Positions 25,096 to 39,941 of a stretch of 64,000 bases of DNA are shown here, in pieces. The translations under genes were made by a program, and so were the position numbers. The stretch is from Syncephalis fuscata S228 (Eukaryota > Fungi > Zoopagomycota): the NCBI GenBank assembly GCA_025786725.1, contig JAHLTZ010000010.1, positions 62,001 to 126,000 on the forward strand. Reading direction: 5' to 3'. The notes under the pieces are model-generated. The model ran no database searches. It was not told where the DNA came from and saw nothing but the letters and a program-made list of their open reading frames with translations. Position 1 is the stretch's first letter. Every line of letters begins with the position of its first letter.

Positions 25096-25883
25096 TTCAA
25101 CAAATTTCTTACAGTAGATTAAAAAGGATCTGAAGCAATAATCGATGCCAATCAATGCTAATTGCTGGATAGAAAGAAAGAAAACGTCCAAGTCAGAATA
25201 AATAGTTTTAAAACTGCCAGTTTATTATTCATACACATGTCGACCAATGGATCTCGTGATCACAAAATTATCAGGTGATCCAACATACCAAATTAAGTAT
25301 CATTAAATGTCGCTGTATTATCCATGACGTTTTCATCAATAGTGTGTGTGTGTGTGTGGATGTGTTGTTATATCACGCACACATGAGAGTGACTCCGCTT
25401 TGGCACACTTAATAGGCACTTGCTCGCTCATATAGCAGGTCTACTTAACCTTTGTACTCGGCGTATCCATCTTTACCTCGCTACTGTTCATTTCTTCATA
25501 GTCTTTAGTTTCTTTCTCGTTCTCCAAAATATCCGGTTATTTAAGACTACGGGTAAGTAATAGTGCTGGTATTCGTTGTATATCAATTAATAGTCTGGTT
25601 GAATAGCCGTTCTAACTGTTTAAATAGTCTTTGTTACTCCGGTCTTGTGCATTCCATTCTCGTTGCGGCTATCTATTGATTAGTTGTTTGTATCTTTACG
25701 ACTTTCTTCGTCTGTTACCGCCAACTACGCATCGTTTGACTGTTTATTGTCAATTAGCCAGTCTTGGAACTGGCGCTTTCCTTTTATTCGCTTCTATTTC
25801 TACTTTATACTTCTTCTTATCCCGCTATTTGGTGGTTGTTCTGTTCAAGTAGCGACTAGTGCTTAGTCTTTGCTGTTATCAAC

Positions 25884-28800
25884 ATGTCTATTCGTGGTTC
25901 AATTGGGCGTTCTGGCCTGTTACGGCTGTCGCCTTTATCTGACCAAGCATCTCAGGATGCAGTGGCCATGGCTGCTTTTGCAGAAAAGCGCTGGGTATGG
26001 GTCGAAGACAAACGGGAAGGCTATATTGCCGGCTATATTACACGCGAAAATGGGGAAGAAGTGGATGTCCAACTCAATAATGATGAGGCAAGTAAACAAA
26101 ACGATATTATTAAGTGGTTAAGTATTAATTAATGTATCGATTGATAGCTTCGTCGTGTGCATATCAATCAAACAGAGAAGATGAATCCACCTAAATTTGA
26201 CAAGGTGGAAGATATGGCAGATTTGACTTATTTAAATGAGGCATCTGTCGTACATAATCTTCGTCTACGTTATCTTTCAAACCTTATCTATGTAAGTATT
26301 TATTAATCAATTTGTATTCAATAATATTCGTACTCATTATTATGCTATTACTATTGTGTTATAGACTTATTCCGGTCTATTTTTAGTGGCAGTTAATCCT
26401 TATCATCGTTTACCTATCTATTCTGATTCTGTAGTCGCTTCGTATAAAAATCGTAAGCGCAATGAGATACCACCTCATATTTTTGCCATTTCCGATGCTG
26501 CCTATCATGATATGTTACAAGATCGTGAAAACCAGTCTATTCTTATTACGCAAGTATAGCAAGCTGTTGACATAATATTTTATACTAACACGTCTATTGA
26601 CACTATTTAGTGGTGAATCAGGTGCCGGTAAAACGGAAAACACCAAGAAGGTTATCCAATACCTTACTTCGATTGCTAGTGAGCGGTCTGCAACTAAAGC
26701 AAATAACGGATTGGAACAGCAGATCTTACAAGCCAATCCAATTTTGGAGGCATTTGGTAATGCCCAGTCAATAAGAAATAACAATTCTTCCCGTTTTGTA
26801 AGTATTATGGACTATAAATACGTCATTACTAATGCTTTTTATTAATAGGGTAAATTCATTCGTATTGAATTTAACGCGGCTGGGCAGATTGCCGGTGCCA
26901 ATATTGAGCGCTATTTATTGGAAAAGTCTCGTGTAACACATCAAACATCAAAAGAACGTAACTTTCACATCTTTTATCAATTACTTAAAAGTACTGATAG
27001 TACCATTAAAGGTTAGTAACATTAATACATTAATACATTAATAAATATAATATACTTATACTATTGTTCTTGCTATTATTATTAGATCCACTATTACTGG
27101 ATGGTGATGTTAATGACTATGCCTATGTTAAGAATTCAAGTAAGGTGATCGATGGTGTTGATGATGCTGAAGAGTTCAAGAATATTCAGGTAAATTATTT
27201 AATAAATTAAATATACAAGTTTTTAACTAATAAATAATGCATTATTATCATTATTATCACTATTTCATCATTATAGAAATCAATGGATGTTATGGGCTTT
27301 AATCAAGACGAACAACGTGACTTATTCCGTATTGTCGCAGCTATTCTTCATCTTGGCAACCTGACCGCTACTGGTGGCAGTTCTGATCAAGCTCAAATAA
27401 ACGATACTGCAGTAGCTGAACGAGTTTGTCACGTATTGGGCATTCCAGTGGCCGAATTTGTTCGTGGTCTACTACGTCCCAAAATAAAAGCTGGTCGTGA
27501 TTGGGTGGCACAAGCTCGTAATGTCACTCAAGTTAACTTCTCAGTTGAAGCACTGGCCCGTGTACTTTATGAAAGAATGTTCGGGCAGTTAATCGAGCGT
27601 ATTAACATCGCTATGGACCGACCTGCTGGCAAATCGACTTTTATTGGTGTACTTGATATTGCTGGTTTTGAAATTTTTGAGGTAAGCAAGCCATTATTAT
27701 TAATAATAATACATTTGTATTATTGAACAAACAGTTATACTAATACAATGCATTGTAGACCAATAGCTTCGAACAGCTTAATATCAATTATACCAATGAA
27801 AAGCTTCAGCAATTTTTAATCATCATATGTTTGTACTTGAACAAGAGAGTATAAGCGTGAAGGAATTGAATGGAAGTTTATTGACTTTGGTCTTGACTTG
27901 CAGCCTACCATTAACTTGATTGAAAAGCAAATGTAAGTACTACACGATATTAGTTTATAGAAATTACTAATGGTTATAATTGTTAATAGCCTATTGGTAT
28001 TCTTTCATGTCTTGATGAAGAATGTGTAATGCCAAAGGCAACTGACAAGACGTTTACGGAAAATTGCATGCTATTTGGAAGGACAAGTCTGGCTTGTATG
28101 AGCCACTTCGCTTGAAGATGGCTTTATTCTAAAGCATTATGCATCCAAGGTTGAGTACAGCACTGTAGGCTGGCTCGATAAGAATAAGGATCCATTGAAC
28201 GACAATATCACGCGTCTGTTGGCCAAATCAAGTGAGCGATATGTTGCATCGCTTTTCACCGACTGTCTGGAAGAGACCATCGATTGGAGTACTAAGAACC
28301 GTGTCAAGAAAGGCGCGTTCCGTACAGTTGGCCAAAGTATAAGGAGCAGCTATCATTCCTTATGCAACAGTTATATGCGACTGAGCCACACTTTGTTCGC
28401 TGTATTCTACCGAATGAAGATAAAAAGCCGGCACGTATGATGTATCATTGGTATTGGATCAACTTCGATGCAACGGTGTACTTGAAGGCATTAGAATTTG
28501 TCGAGCTGGCTTTCCTAATCGATTGGTATTTGCCGAGTTCCGTCAGCGCTATGAAATACTTGCGCCGGGTGTTATCCAACGTGGCTTTATGGATGGTAAA
28601 CGTGCAGCGCAAAGCTACTTGAAGCAATGCAGTTAGATCCAAGCCATTATCGTATTGGTACAAGTAAAGTATTCTTCCGTGCCGGTGTGGTAAGTTATTA
28701 TAAGCAAAGTGTAATAACAGCTTAATAATATTGATTATTATAGCTTGCTGAGCTTGAAGAGATTGCGACTTGAAGTTATCAAACATTATTGGAAACTTCC

Positions 28801-31800
28801 AAGCATTATGTCGTGGCTATCTTGCGCGCCGTAAACATCTACGCAAGAAGAATCAGCTATTAGCTATTCAAACCATTCAGAAGAATGCACGGTATATGTT
28901 CGACTGCGTGAATGGGCATGGTGGAAGCTATACTCCAAGGTCAAGCCATTGTTAAACGTAACACGTACCGATGAAGAGCTTAAGAAGCGTGAAACACTTA
29001 TTCGCGACCTCGAAGAGAAGTTCAATAGAGAGGCTGAGGAAAAGACGCAGCTTGAATTGCAGCGTGCTAAACTTGATGCTGAAAAGCGTCTGCTTGAAGA
29101 AACATTGGTTGCTGAACGCAATGCGGCGTTGGATCAGGAAGAGATACTAAAGCGCAAGCAAGAAACAGAGCTGCGACTTCAGGAATCGCTACGTGACGTC
29201 ACTGCTGAACTTGAAGCAGTTGAGGCGCGATTAGAGGAAGCTAATGCAGCAAAGGAACGTTTGGAAAGAGAGCTGACCAATCTACGCCAAGAGCAAGAAG
29301 ATCAGCAAGCACAAATGGAGCGTTTGGAAAGAGAGCGAGTTGCTAAAGACCAACGCATACAGCAACTAATGAACGAAGTGCAAGCAGAGACTGAATTGGC
29401 TGCACGTGCCGCAAGTGAACGCAAAACGGTAGAGACGCGTCTAAACGATTTGAAGCAATCTTTAGAGGAAAGTTCCACTCGAGAAGCAAATCTGATCAAG
29501 ATAAAACAGCAGCTACAAATTGAGATGAAGCAAATAAGTGACAAGTTGGCTCAGCGTGAAAGCGAGCAGGAGGTTGTAGAATTACGTAATGTATCAACAC
29601 AAAATGACATTAAGCAGGCGCGTGAATCATTGGCTGAGTTAACGGCAGCTAAGGCCAGTGTAGAGCAATCATTGGCACGCCGCGAGGCAGAAATGAACGC
29701 ACTAGCTGCCCAGCTGCAAGGTGAACGAAGTGGCCGTGAACAAGTCGACAAGCAGCGGCGAGAGCTGGTACTGCGTGTTGAAGCACTTCAAGGCGAGTTG
29801 GAGATTGAAAAAGAAGAACGTGGCAAAATAATGGCTCGTAAACAGCGCGTAGAAGAAGAAATAAACGAACTGCGTACATTATTAGAGGCACGTGGCGATG
29901 AAGAGTCACGCCAGAATGAACTCCGTAGAATTCGTGAAGCTGATCTAATGGAGCTACGTGGTCAATTGACTGCCTCTCAAGAAGCTTTAGAAGATACACG
30001 TCGCAAACATCAGCAGCTAATCGATGAATTGCACGCGCAAACTGAAGAACTTCAACGCGAATCAGAGAATTTGTTACGTAGCAAAACAACACTTGAAAAA
30101 CGAGCTACCGAGCTGCAAAGACTTGTGGAAGAGCGAGAAGAAGGCCATTCACGACTTGAAAAAGAAAAACGAGCTATTACATCGTCTTTAGAGACAGCTA
30201 ATGACCGTATTACCCAGCTTGAAGGCCAGCTTACAGAGACACGACTAGCAAAAGAGCATCATGAGCAGCAGTTTATTATGCTGAACGCACGTAGCGATGA
30301 AAGCGAGTCGATGCTTGGTCGACTGGAACGTGAGCGTAATTCGCTACAAAAGCAGCTTGAATCGGCCAGAAATGAGCTTGAAGATGAAACACGACGACGC
30401 AGTTCACTTGAAATGATGAAGAAAAAGCTTGCTATTGAAGTAGCCGACCTTCAGGCCAGACTTGAGGAAGAAGAATCTACTAAAGCGGAAATATACCAAC
30501 GATTGGCCGTCAAAACGGTCGAATATGACAATTTAGATGCTAGATTCTCTTCTGAGATGAAAGATAAGAGTGGCGATCTAGCCGAAGCCAAACGACGACT
30601 AGAAAATGAGCACGGTGAGCTGTTAGAACGCTATGGCGAACTTGAAAGACAATCTGAAATATTGGAAAAGACACGTATTCGTCTTACATCTGAAGCTGAA
30701 GATTTACGACACGAAATTGATCGTGAACATAGCGTGGCCCGTGCAGCAGAAAAGATTGTTAAGCAGATTGAGTCACAATTGGCCAGCGTTAACGAGCAGC
30801 TTTCGGCAGAACGACAGGCACGCGAATTGGCCGATTCAGGCGTGCGAAAAATGCAGTCGGCCATGGAAACGCTTCAGAGTCAGTTAGAAGAAAAGGACCA
30901 ACAACTAATGACTGTACGTCGTGCCAAGACTGAACTTGAACTGAACTTCGTGGATTAATCGATGAAATGAGCGATGGTGGCCAAAGCAAAGTTGAAGTTG
31001 AAAAGGTGAAGCGACGACTTGAAAATGACATTGCCGAACTACGTGCACGACTAGCCGAAGAAGAAGCTGTACGTCGCAAGTCGGAAGAGCTACGCCATGA
31101 GCTAGAGAATCGCATTGCAGAACAGCAAGAGATGTCACAATCCGAGCTGTTGACAAAGGAAAGTCAGCTTGAAGAGACGCGTCGTTTATTACTTAAAGAA
31201 GTCAATTCACTTGGCGAAAGATTGGACGCAGAGATTGCCGCAAAAGATGAGCTTTTATTAGCAAGAAAGAAGCTAGAAGAACAGCTAGAAGATGTAACAT
31301 CAGCTGCAGATTTGTCCATTCGCTCAAAATCCGATTTGGAAAAGGCCAAGCAGCTTACTGAAGCCACATTACGTGAACTACGATCACGCTTGGAAGAAGA
31401 AGAGGTCGCCAGACGTAACTTTGAAGAATTGGCACGACGACATGAACGCAAGTCGAATACATTGCAAACGGAACTTGAACAACTTGAAACGCAACTGGAT
31501 GCCAATGAACGATCGCGTAAGCAGCTTGAGATGCGAGTAGCCGATCTTCAGGCTGAACTTGACGATGGCCAATCGCGTACTGCACTTCAAGAATCAAATG
31601 ATCGATTAAATACTGAATTAAATCGTTTACGTCAACAACTTGCACGCGAAGAAGAAGCTCGTACCGAGTTGGAAGCGGCACGTAACATTGTACAGCTTAA
31701 CAATGTTAATGCACAAGACACTTCTGAACACGCTGCGCAATTGGATAAACTTGAAGAATCTAAACGAGCACTACTCGTCGCCCAGAAACTTGCTCAACAA

Positions 31801-33575
31801 GAGCTGGAAGATCAACGACGCGAAGCAGAAGCACTTGTACGACAACGCAATGAGTTGTTGGAAGAGGCCAATTCACTTAAAAGCTCACTTGAGGTTGAAA
31901 TCATTGCTAAAGGCGAGGAATCAGCAGCCCGTCAAAAGCTTGCAGCTGAACTTTCAGAGCTACGTCTTCATCTTGATGTAGAGATGGTTAAATCGGCCGA
32001 AATGACCGATTCAGTTAAGGTGTATCGCGATAAGATTGAAGCGATTATGGCCAGAATGGAAGAAGCTGAATTGGCAAAGTCCAAGGCCGAGAAGAATGAA
32101 GCTTACGTGCAGCAACAACTTAAAGATACGGAAGAGTCGATGCGCAAAGCATTTGCCGATCGTCAAACAGCCGAGGACCGTGCTCGTGCTTTAGAAGAAA
32201 AGGCAATGCAATTACAAGATCGTATTGACGACGATGCCATTACTCTGGCCGATTTTAATGTTATACGTGAACGCCTTCAACAGGAAGTGGAAGAAGGACT
32301 TATTAAGTTCCAAAAGGAGCTTGACGAAAAAGACTCAAGCACGGAAACAATGCGTACTATGTACCAGACCGAATTAAAAACCATCACTGAAGAGCTAGAA
32401 CGTGAGCGATCAACATTGGTCAATTTACGAGAAGTACAACGCGATCTTGAAAGCGAAGTTGATGAATTGCATAGCCGTTTAGAAACAGCAGAGCTAGCTA
32501 CTGAATCAACTCAAAAAGAACGTCTTAAGATAGAGGCCCGTTTAGCCGAACTTGAACAAGCACATGACGAAACGGTTACTCAACGCGACGAACTTCAAAG
32601 CCAAATTTCTATACTACGTGCACAAGCAAGTGATGTTCGTCTACAACTTGAAGAGTCAGAGGCTAAACGCGAATTGGCCGAGAAGGCGAAGAAACATTTA
32701 CAGCAACGACTAGATGAAATTGGCAATAATTACAATACGGTACATATGGGACGTGAAGCGGTTGAGAAGTCGCTTACTCAGCGTGATCATGAAGCAGCTC
32801 AGTTGCGAGAAATGCTTGAACAGCAACAGTCGGCCATGGATGATGCTGCAGCTCGTCTTAAAAAAGCTGATTCCGCCGCTGCTACTGCCAATGCAGAAAT
32901 GCTTAAAGAAAGAGAAGTTAATAAGGAATTACTTCGTGCTAAGGTTAGTTAGCTATTTTATAGTCATATTTATCCAAATAGCTGTATTAATACTTTATTG
33001 TTATTAATAATGTTACTAGGTTGCATTAGAGAACCAGACTAAAGAGTTGAATTTACGTATTGTCGAATTGGAGACGGGAAGTATGACTATGAGGCCACAA
33101 CGTATTGAAACACGGGCCGAATCAATCACTTTCCAACTAGAAAGTGAAGCTCGTTTACGAAATGAAACGCTTCGTTCGGCACGTAAAACGGATCGTATGG
33201 TTCGTGATCTACAATTCCAATTGGCCGAAAGCGAGAAGTCAAGAGAGCGTAGTAAAGAGGAGATGGAGAAACTAGATCAACGACTAACTCGTACACGCAC
33301 GCAACTCGAAGAATTGGTAAGTTATAAGCAAGTATATATACATTATAATGATATTAATCTATTGTTGTTGCTATTGTTATAGGAATCCTCGGAAGGTGCA
33401 TTGCAATTGGCAAAACGTCGTGCAGAACGAGAAGCTAATGAACAAAAAGAGCGCGCTTTACGGTAAGTATTAATAGACTACACTAATATACATATTAATT
33501 ATAATTTCGCTATAGTTGGAACGTGAGGTAGAACGTCTTAAAATGCGTCTAGATCGTGCTTATGCCTCTCCATAG
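25884..33575 (+). CDS. Myosin II (type II) heavy chain, about 12 introns, several apparent 1-bp deletions
   Basis: N-terminal SH3-like domain, [25 protein letters not shown]-loop [48 protein letters not shown] motifs, ~1400-aa heptad coiled-coil tail; TAG 33573-33575. Confidence 0.95.
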
Positions 33576-35641
33576 TCAATGGACATCAGTCTGATCTACA
33601 TAGCTATATATAATTACCAATTATTCACATTTATATTTGTTATATCTCGTACAATTTAGTAAATTGATATTTTATTATGTATCAAATAAATGGTGCAATT
33701 AATGTTATATTAGTGCTAATGCTTTACAGCCACTTTCTGCACATCCCCTTTATAACCAAACTATTTAATTACCCCTTAGTATTAATTTTATAAAACAACT
33801 GATAAGCTGTATATGAACGTCGGCTCTCCTTTATATTACTGCATGCATAGCAGTTCTATGTATCTATCTAATCTAGTAAATGTAGATTCAATCTACAAAA
33901 CTCCTTTCTTTTTCATAACATTTTGTTGTTATATATTCCAATTTACACAGCCTTTTGCCTACGTAGTGCTCATTGGTAAGTGATGAACAAGGTTGGCTAT
34001 ACTGTAGCTGGCATAATCTGTGCTCGTATGCTTTATTCACTCCTTGTATTATTTACAACTACAACTATTACAATATCAAATTATTTATGTCTATTCGATT
34101 CCACCATTGAATCAGTTCATTCCTATGACTATTTATATAGTTATAGTGAATCATTATTACAGTGCTTATTTTATCCAGTTTCCTTTTGGGTATACTTTAG
34201 AAGACAGTCACAATTTACATATGGTAAACAAATGTCGGTCAATGCGCGTGACATGTATTCGATCGTATCACAGGTTTTGCCTATCGATAAGCGATAGAAT
34301 AGCTATTAACATGCTGTACATAAGGGCGATCCACAAAATAGTGCTACGTTACTGTGAATAATACGCTTTAAATATATTATATTTGTACTATTTGATAATA
34401 ACTATCACGAAGCATTGGCCGATAAAGGTGGACCAAGCCATTACATGGCGTCAATGTCATTATAGTGCCTCTAATGACATCTATGTATGTACGATAATTA
34501 CAGCTTCTTTATTTCTCCTTCCTTCGCTATAAGCAGGCAACATTAGCCCAGCCATATGTTATTGATAGTGTACTTTTTCCCTATCCATTTTTTGTTCATT
34601 CGTTTAAAGAGCTGCTAGTTCATTGGCTAAGATTGGCAGCAGCTAGTAGTTAAACTATTAATACTCGTTGTATATAGCGTGTACTAAAGTGATAAGTAAG
34701 TTATTGATAGTTCAACCATCAACTACTACTATTAGACAACCTTGAACATTATAAAAAGAACCTTTTACATTTTACATTTATTCCATTTATATCGATATAT
34801 ATTCTCTAATAGCATTTATTACTAATAATGAGTATTATTGGCAATATAATATTAAACTTAGATATCGGCACTGTTAAATAGTCATTGAATAGTAAAAAGT
34901 CAGGTGAGTGCCAATCCTTATTTCTTCAATCATTGCCCTTCAATAACATTTTCTTAACCTCACAACAGGAGACAGAGGTAGAGAAAGAGAGAATAAGCAA
35001 CACTCACCATTCATAAATATCTATACACACCACACACCACACACACACACACATAATTCCTCTATCTCTTTCTCTCCTATACCATTACACTTTCTTGTTG
35101 CTGCCATTATCGTTTTGAACTTGTTTGCATTTACTGTGCTTTGGCTGCAGATCTATTTCTTTTGTACCACGCCATCACCTATACTCTCCTGGGCAAAGTA
35201 TATAAATAGCTTTTATTTTATTTGCTTGCCATTCATTATTTTGCTACTGACTTTATTGCTGTTTTCCTGTCGGGGTTTTTCCTTATCAACGCCTAACTAT
35301 ATCCGTAAGCACAAAGTGTTTACGGTTAGTAACTTGCGCGGTCTTGCCGAGTGTTTACTACTGGTGCAGTTGTGACTACTAGGTAGGCTGTTGTTGTTGT
35401 TGTTTACGACTTGTGTTATTGGGTCATCAGATTATTCATGACTACCAATATATGTTTTTAAAGTGATAATAAATATTTGTGGTCGAGTTTTGTTTCTCTG
35501 ACTAACCAAGTTTTTTTATTTGTTTACTTTCAGATATTACCGTTATTACTATATCAATTCTATTAACACGACGGCTTTTGCTGCTATCACTGTACATATA
35601 CATAAAGTATAGTAAAAAGCTATTATAATTTAAATCAATCG

Positions 35642-38600
35642 ATGGAAAACGATAGAGAAGCAACGCAGCGCTATTCCGCGTCGAGTAGTGCTGGTCTGGC
35701 CACTCAGCTATCAGACAATAGCGGTGCTGTTACTAGCAACCCAACTCAGCTGGTTCATCGTAGCTCAGAGGCGGCAGTGGATCCATACATGGATGATGAG
35801 CTAGAGGACAGTAGCAAAGTTATGGCTAGTATTATATTTCGGTTTCCTGACCGACCAGACGTTGAAAAAAACGTAACGCTTTGGGATTTAAAGCATAACT
35901 TTCATGTTAGCTGTAATCCAGGCGCTAATGTGTGTATTAAATCCACTGATCCAATTATTAGCAAAATACATTTTAAATTGTCGCTGGTAAGTCATAATTC
36001 ATATGAATGAGCAATATAGCAATATCTATCTATCTATAGTTATTTATAAACATTATATTAATTAAATTACAAATTACGCAATAATAGTCTGATCGTGCCT
36101 CCGGATCTGGTATATGCAATATTGTTATGTTTACCAATTTAAGGTGGGTATTCTAATGTATACTTTTCATAATACATGTCTAATACACTATGACTACATT
36201 CTATAGCCAAAGCAACGTTTATGTAAACACAAATGATGCTGTTTCTTACAAAAGCGAACGAGTTGTCTTGGATGAAACAAAAGTCAACTTCAGACCTCCT
36301 AATCGTAAGTTTAATGCTGAGTCTATATATAATGATACAATAGAGAATATACCATTATTTAGAAAAAAGAGGCTTTTCGTCAAGGTTCCAGTGTATTATT
36401 ATGCCGCAAAAGGATATGGACAAGTACTTTGGTAAAATTGTAAGCGCTATTTGTATATAGTCATAGTATAATAACAATTTTTTAGATTCCACCACAGCTG
36501 AAAGAAGAGTTTAATTTTATATCTGAAGCGGGCAGGTAGGCTGAATTAAATAGCTGTGATGTATATGAATAATAAACTGTATCAATTATAGTGGATCGTT
36601 TGCAACGGTAATAAAGGCTCAAGAGAAAAAGACCAGTATGTCGAATCAATGGCAGATACGTAGTTTACTAATGATGTCATATGACGTAATAGAAATCACC
36701 TATGCCTGCAAGATCATTAAAATAAATATTCTTTCAAAGAATTTTTACGTACTGCCGTAGAACGAGAGGTACGTAAAGAATAGTAAAATGATTTGTTTTA
36801 CTAATGTCTAATGGCTAAACTACTCTTCATACTATTATAGGTTAACGTTTGGAAGGGTCTTAATCACGTAAGCAGCACTATTATGTACTGCGATTGATCG
36901 ATACTGACCAGTAATGTCACTCCATCGATTTAGCAAAATATCGTCAAGTTTCATCGATTCATCGACTTTCCAGATACCTCTGTCTATCTACTTGAGTATA
37001 TGCGAGGTGGAACATTAGAAGACTTTTACAAAAAGGGCAGCTCTATTTCATTGACGACTCGGTTGTCGTATTTTCAACAAATCTGCAATGGCTTAGCCGT
37101 AAGTTCAAAAGTATAATAGAATATACTAAACTCATTTACGGCTACCAGTATCTACATGGTCTAAAAGTGATTCATCGAGACTTAAAGCCACAGGTAACTT
37201 AATGGTTATTAAGCTTTAACCAGTACTAATAACAATAATGTTATGTGGATTACAGAATATCCTACTTACAGATACAGAACCTGTCATAGTCAAGATAGCC
37301 GATTTGGGTTGGTTGATCCTTGTTTATTAATAATATTGTAAAAGACTAATATTTGATTACAATATTGCTATTAGGTGTGGCAAAAAACATTGGTCATTTT
37401 GAAAATGCTCATACTACGTGTGGTACTAAATTGTATGCTGCACCGGAAATATTCCATGACGTATTTCGTGATGAAAATGGTCACTACACCAGTAGTGTTG
37501 GTAAGTAGACAGTAATAGTAACAATAACAATAACAGACCATATCTATTGTCATGGCTAATCAAATGGTAACAAAAAGATATTTGGTCACTTGGTCTATTA
37601 CTTATTGAGCTGTAAGTAACAGTATTTATACTTGCGAATAGTATTTGTATATTTATATTTTATTTATTTATTAGAATAAAAATGTCACCTGTGGACCTGT
37701 CTTTGACTGATTTATTACGTTTAAAGCATCTGGATCCAAAGAATCTTAAAGTACCAGATAGCGGTAAATGATTAATGCTATAAATGAATATAATATCAAA
37801 TTAACCAATTTCGTAGTTCGACCTGTAGTTATAGGCACACTTAAAGTAGAGCCGGAACAAAGAATGACTATAACAGAAGTCTTGGAACATAAACTATTAA
37901 ATGTAAGATACCATTTAATGGCCTAATAATAATAAATAATAAATAACTAATTGTAATACCGATACAGAACGTAGCTACGGATCGGAAACGTAAAGCCGAT
38001 GGTAAATAGCACATGTTATAATGATACAAGCATTAACTGAATTTAATTAGAATATATACAAACACCAGGACCTGAGGTGGACCTGTCAGATAGAATAAAA
38101 CGGACATGTAGTCTTCGAGGCACGAATTACTGGGGACAACTTCGATTAATTGATGGCATTCTTAAAGAGATAAAAGTGTTTCCACTAAGAAAATCAGCCG
38201 TATATATTAGTGACCAGTCACGTAAGCGTGATATTTATTTATTTTATCTTTAAACTAATTACAATGTAATACATAAATGATATATAGCATTTGATATTCC
38301 TTTATGTCCAAACCATTTTTCTGATGTCCACTGCAGACTAATGTATAAAGAGAATAATGTCAAACTATATACAAGCAAGCAAGTTACATAGCACAACAGT
38401 GTATTTTACACTAATTATCATATATTATTTAGAAATACATCATGTTTTATCAACGATCGTTTTATTGGGCCCAACTCATTGAAACCGATTAAGATTGGCG
38501 ACACAATTAAGCTGATTTCAAATAAGGGAGAGAAGAACGGACGTAAGTTGGCTTTATAAACTTAGATTAATATTTAATCTAATTTATTATTATAATTAGC

Positions 38601-39502
38601 TGTATGTCTTAGACTTGAAGAGTATACACCAACAAGTGCAACATCCTCATTCACCGACACTTATATAGTAAGTTATAATACACAATTAATTAATAGCATC
38701 AATTAACGTTTATACACTCGATTGTTTATTAATAGCCCAATAGTAATGCAACATTCCGTGTACCAGAGAGCAGTACAGCTTCCAATGCAAACAGAACCGT
38801 GAACGTTAATACCAACTATGCTAATGATGCATTGGTAAATAACTCTAAACATCGGTATTTATAACTAACCATTGGTGTTTATTTAATTAGCAACCATCTA
38901 CTTCTCAATTACCATGGGGTTGTTTACGATCAATAACAGATCCAAAGGTGGTTTGGCACTTGTCTAAGCCTAAACTTACGATTCGAGTAAACCAAAGTAA
39001 GTGACGTTAAAACAGCAAAATTAAATCAATTATTCATTTAAAACACTTATCATTCTATTTATGTTATTAGAAGATAAGCGCTGTCAAATAGACCCATCCA
39101 TGGCTGAGTCTGATGAAAAGTGTAAGTAGCATGAAGTTATAGGAAATCTATTAAATTAACCATTTGATTAGTATTTGAAATCGAACGACAAGGCGACAAC
39201 TTTTTTGTTACAAGACTATCACAGTAAGTTATATTGTTCATTACTATGTAATCTCTATACTAATACAGCTATCAATATAGAATGTATGAGATCAAGTTAG
39301 CTGTAGATGTACTTGAGATGAATGTTAAGACACCAATTGAGTTTGGTAACAACATTACATGTACAGAAGGCACGACAAAGACTTCTTCAGGCACAGATAT
39401 AGCAAATTGTAAGTAATTGTATTTTTATTTAATGATATTTAACTAATTACTATTATAATAATATAATTAGTTCTATTTGCCTATTTATTTGTAAAGTGCT
39501 AG
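35642..39502 (+). CDS. Rad53/Chk2-like Ser/Thr kinase with N-terminal TQ cluster and multiple FHA-like domains (about 20 introns)
   Basis: MENDREATQR...ATQ...PTQ; kinase motifs GSGSFATV, YACKII, LEYMRGGTL, HRDLKPQNILL, KIADLG, TTCGTKLYAAPE, DIWSLG assembled across GT-AG introns; FHA-like blocks before and after the kinase domain. One apparent 1-bp deletion near 36722. Confidence 0.8.
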
Positions 39503-39941
39503 GTTATTTAGAGCCTGTTGCTATTATATTTCCAAGTCATTCGCTTTTCTTGTATTGCTTCAAGTGCTTTGTTTCCACTTTTCTATTGCATACTATTTTT
39601 TTCTTTTTCATTCTTGCTTATGTTTTGTTGTTGAAGACTATTCTGCGAAACAACACTCTTTTAATACTACTATTCAGGCGCCTTCCTATCAACTAACAAG
39701 TCCCTTTTTGGCTTGGTTATTGATAGAGAAAAGCACTGAATCAACGATATTTCACATTGATCGCCACCATTTACCGATCTCCCTATTTGGCGCCAATAAT
39801 GTTAAGCATCTATGCCATTTTCTCTACTTTCTTCATTAGTAAATTCAAAATTTTATTTTACTTTTCCATCCTAGATGTGCAATGCTTTGTGTGTATATGT
39901 ATATATAGATTGAAAGAAATAGAGTAAAGAAATTATTATAA

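Noticed and set aside
28760-28780. In-frame TGA as a possible selenocysteine or readthrough codon
   Set aside because: The TGA appears only because of an adjacent 1-bp deletion; the corrected frame reads EEIRDLKLS.
27800-28950. Myosin II (and TRAPPC13) as pseudogenes or programmed-frameshift genes
   Set aside because: The protein sequence is otherwise well conserved, and the breaks are single missing bases without a shared slippery motif. Sequencing error is the simpler explanation.
29302-31981. Many antisense and alternative-frame ORFs inside the myosin tail
   Set aside because: Shadow ORFs expected from the biased codon usage of a long coiled-coil exon.
34455-34480. 9-bp inverted repeat ATGTCATTA...TAATGACAT
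   Set aside because: A single short AT-rich hairpin, plausible by chance, with no supporting context.
33980-35375. ORFs of 86-113 aa between myosin and the kinase
   Set aside because: Low-complexity Y/I/L/F-rich translations typical of AT-rich non-coding DNA, with no recognisable motifs. The region looks like promoter and 5'-UTR with an intron.
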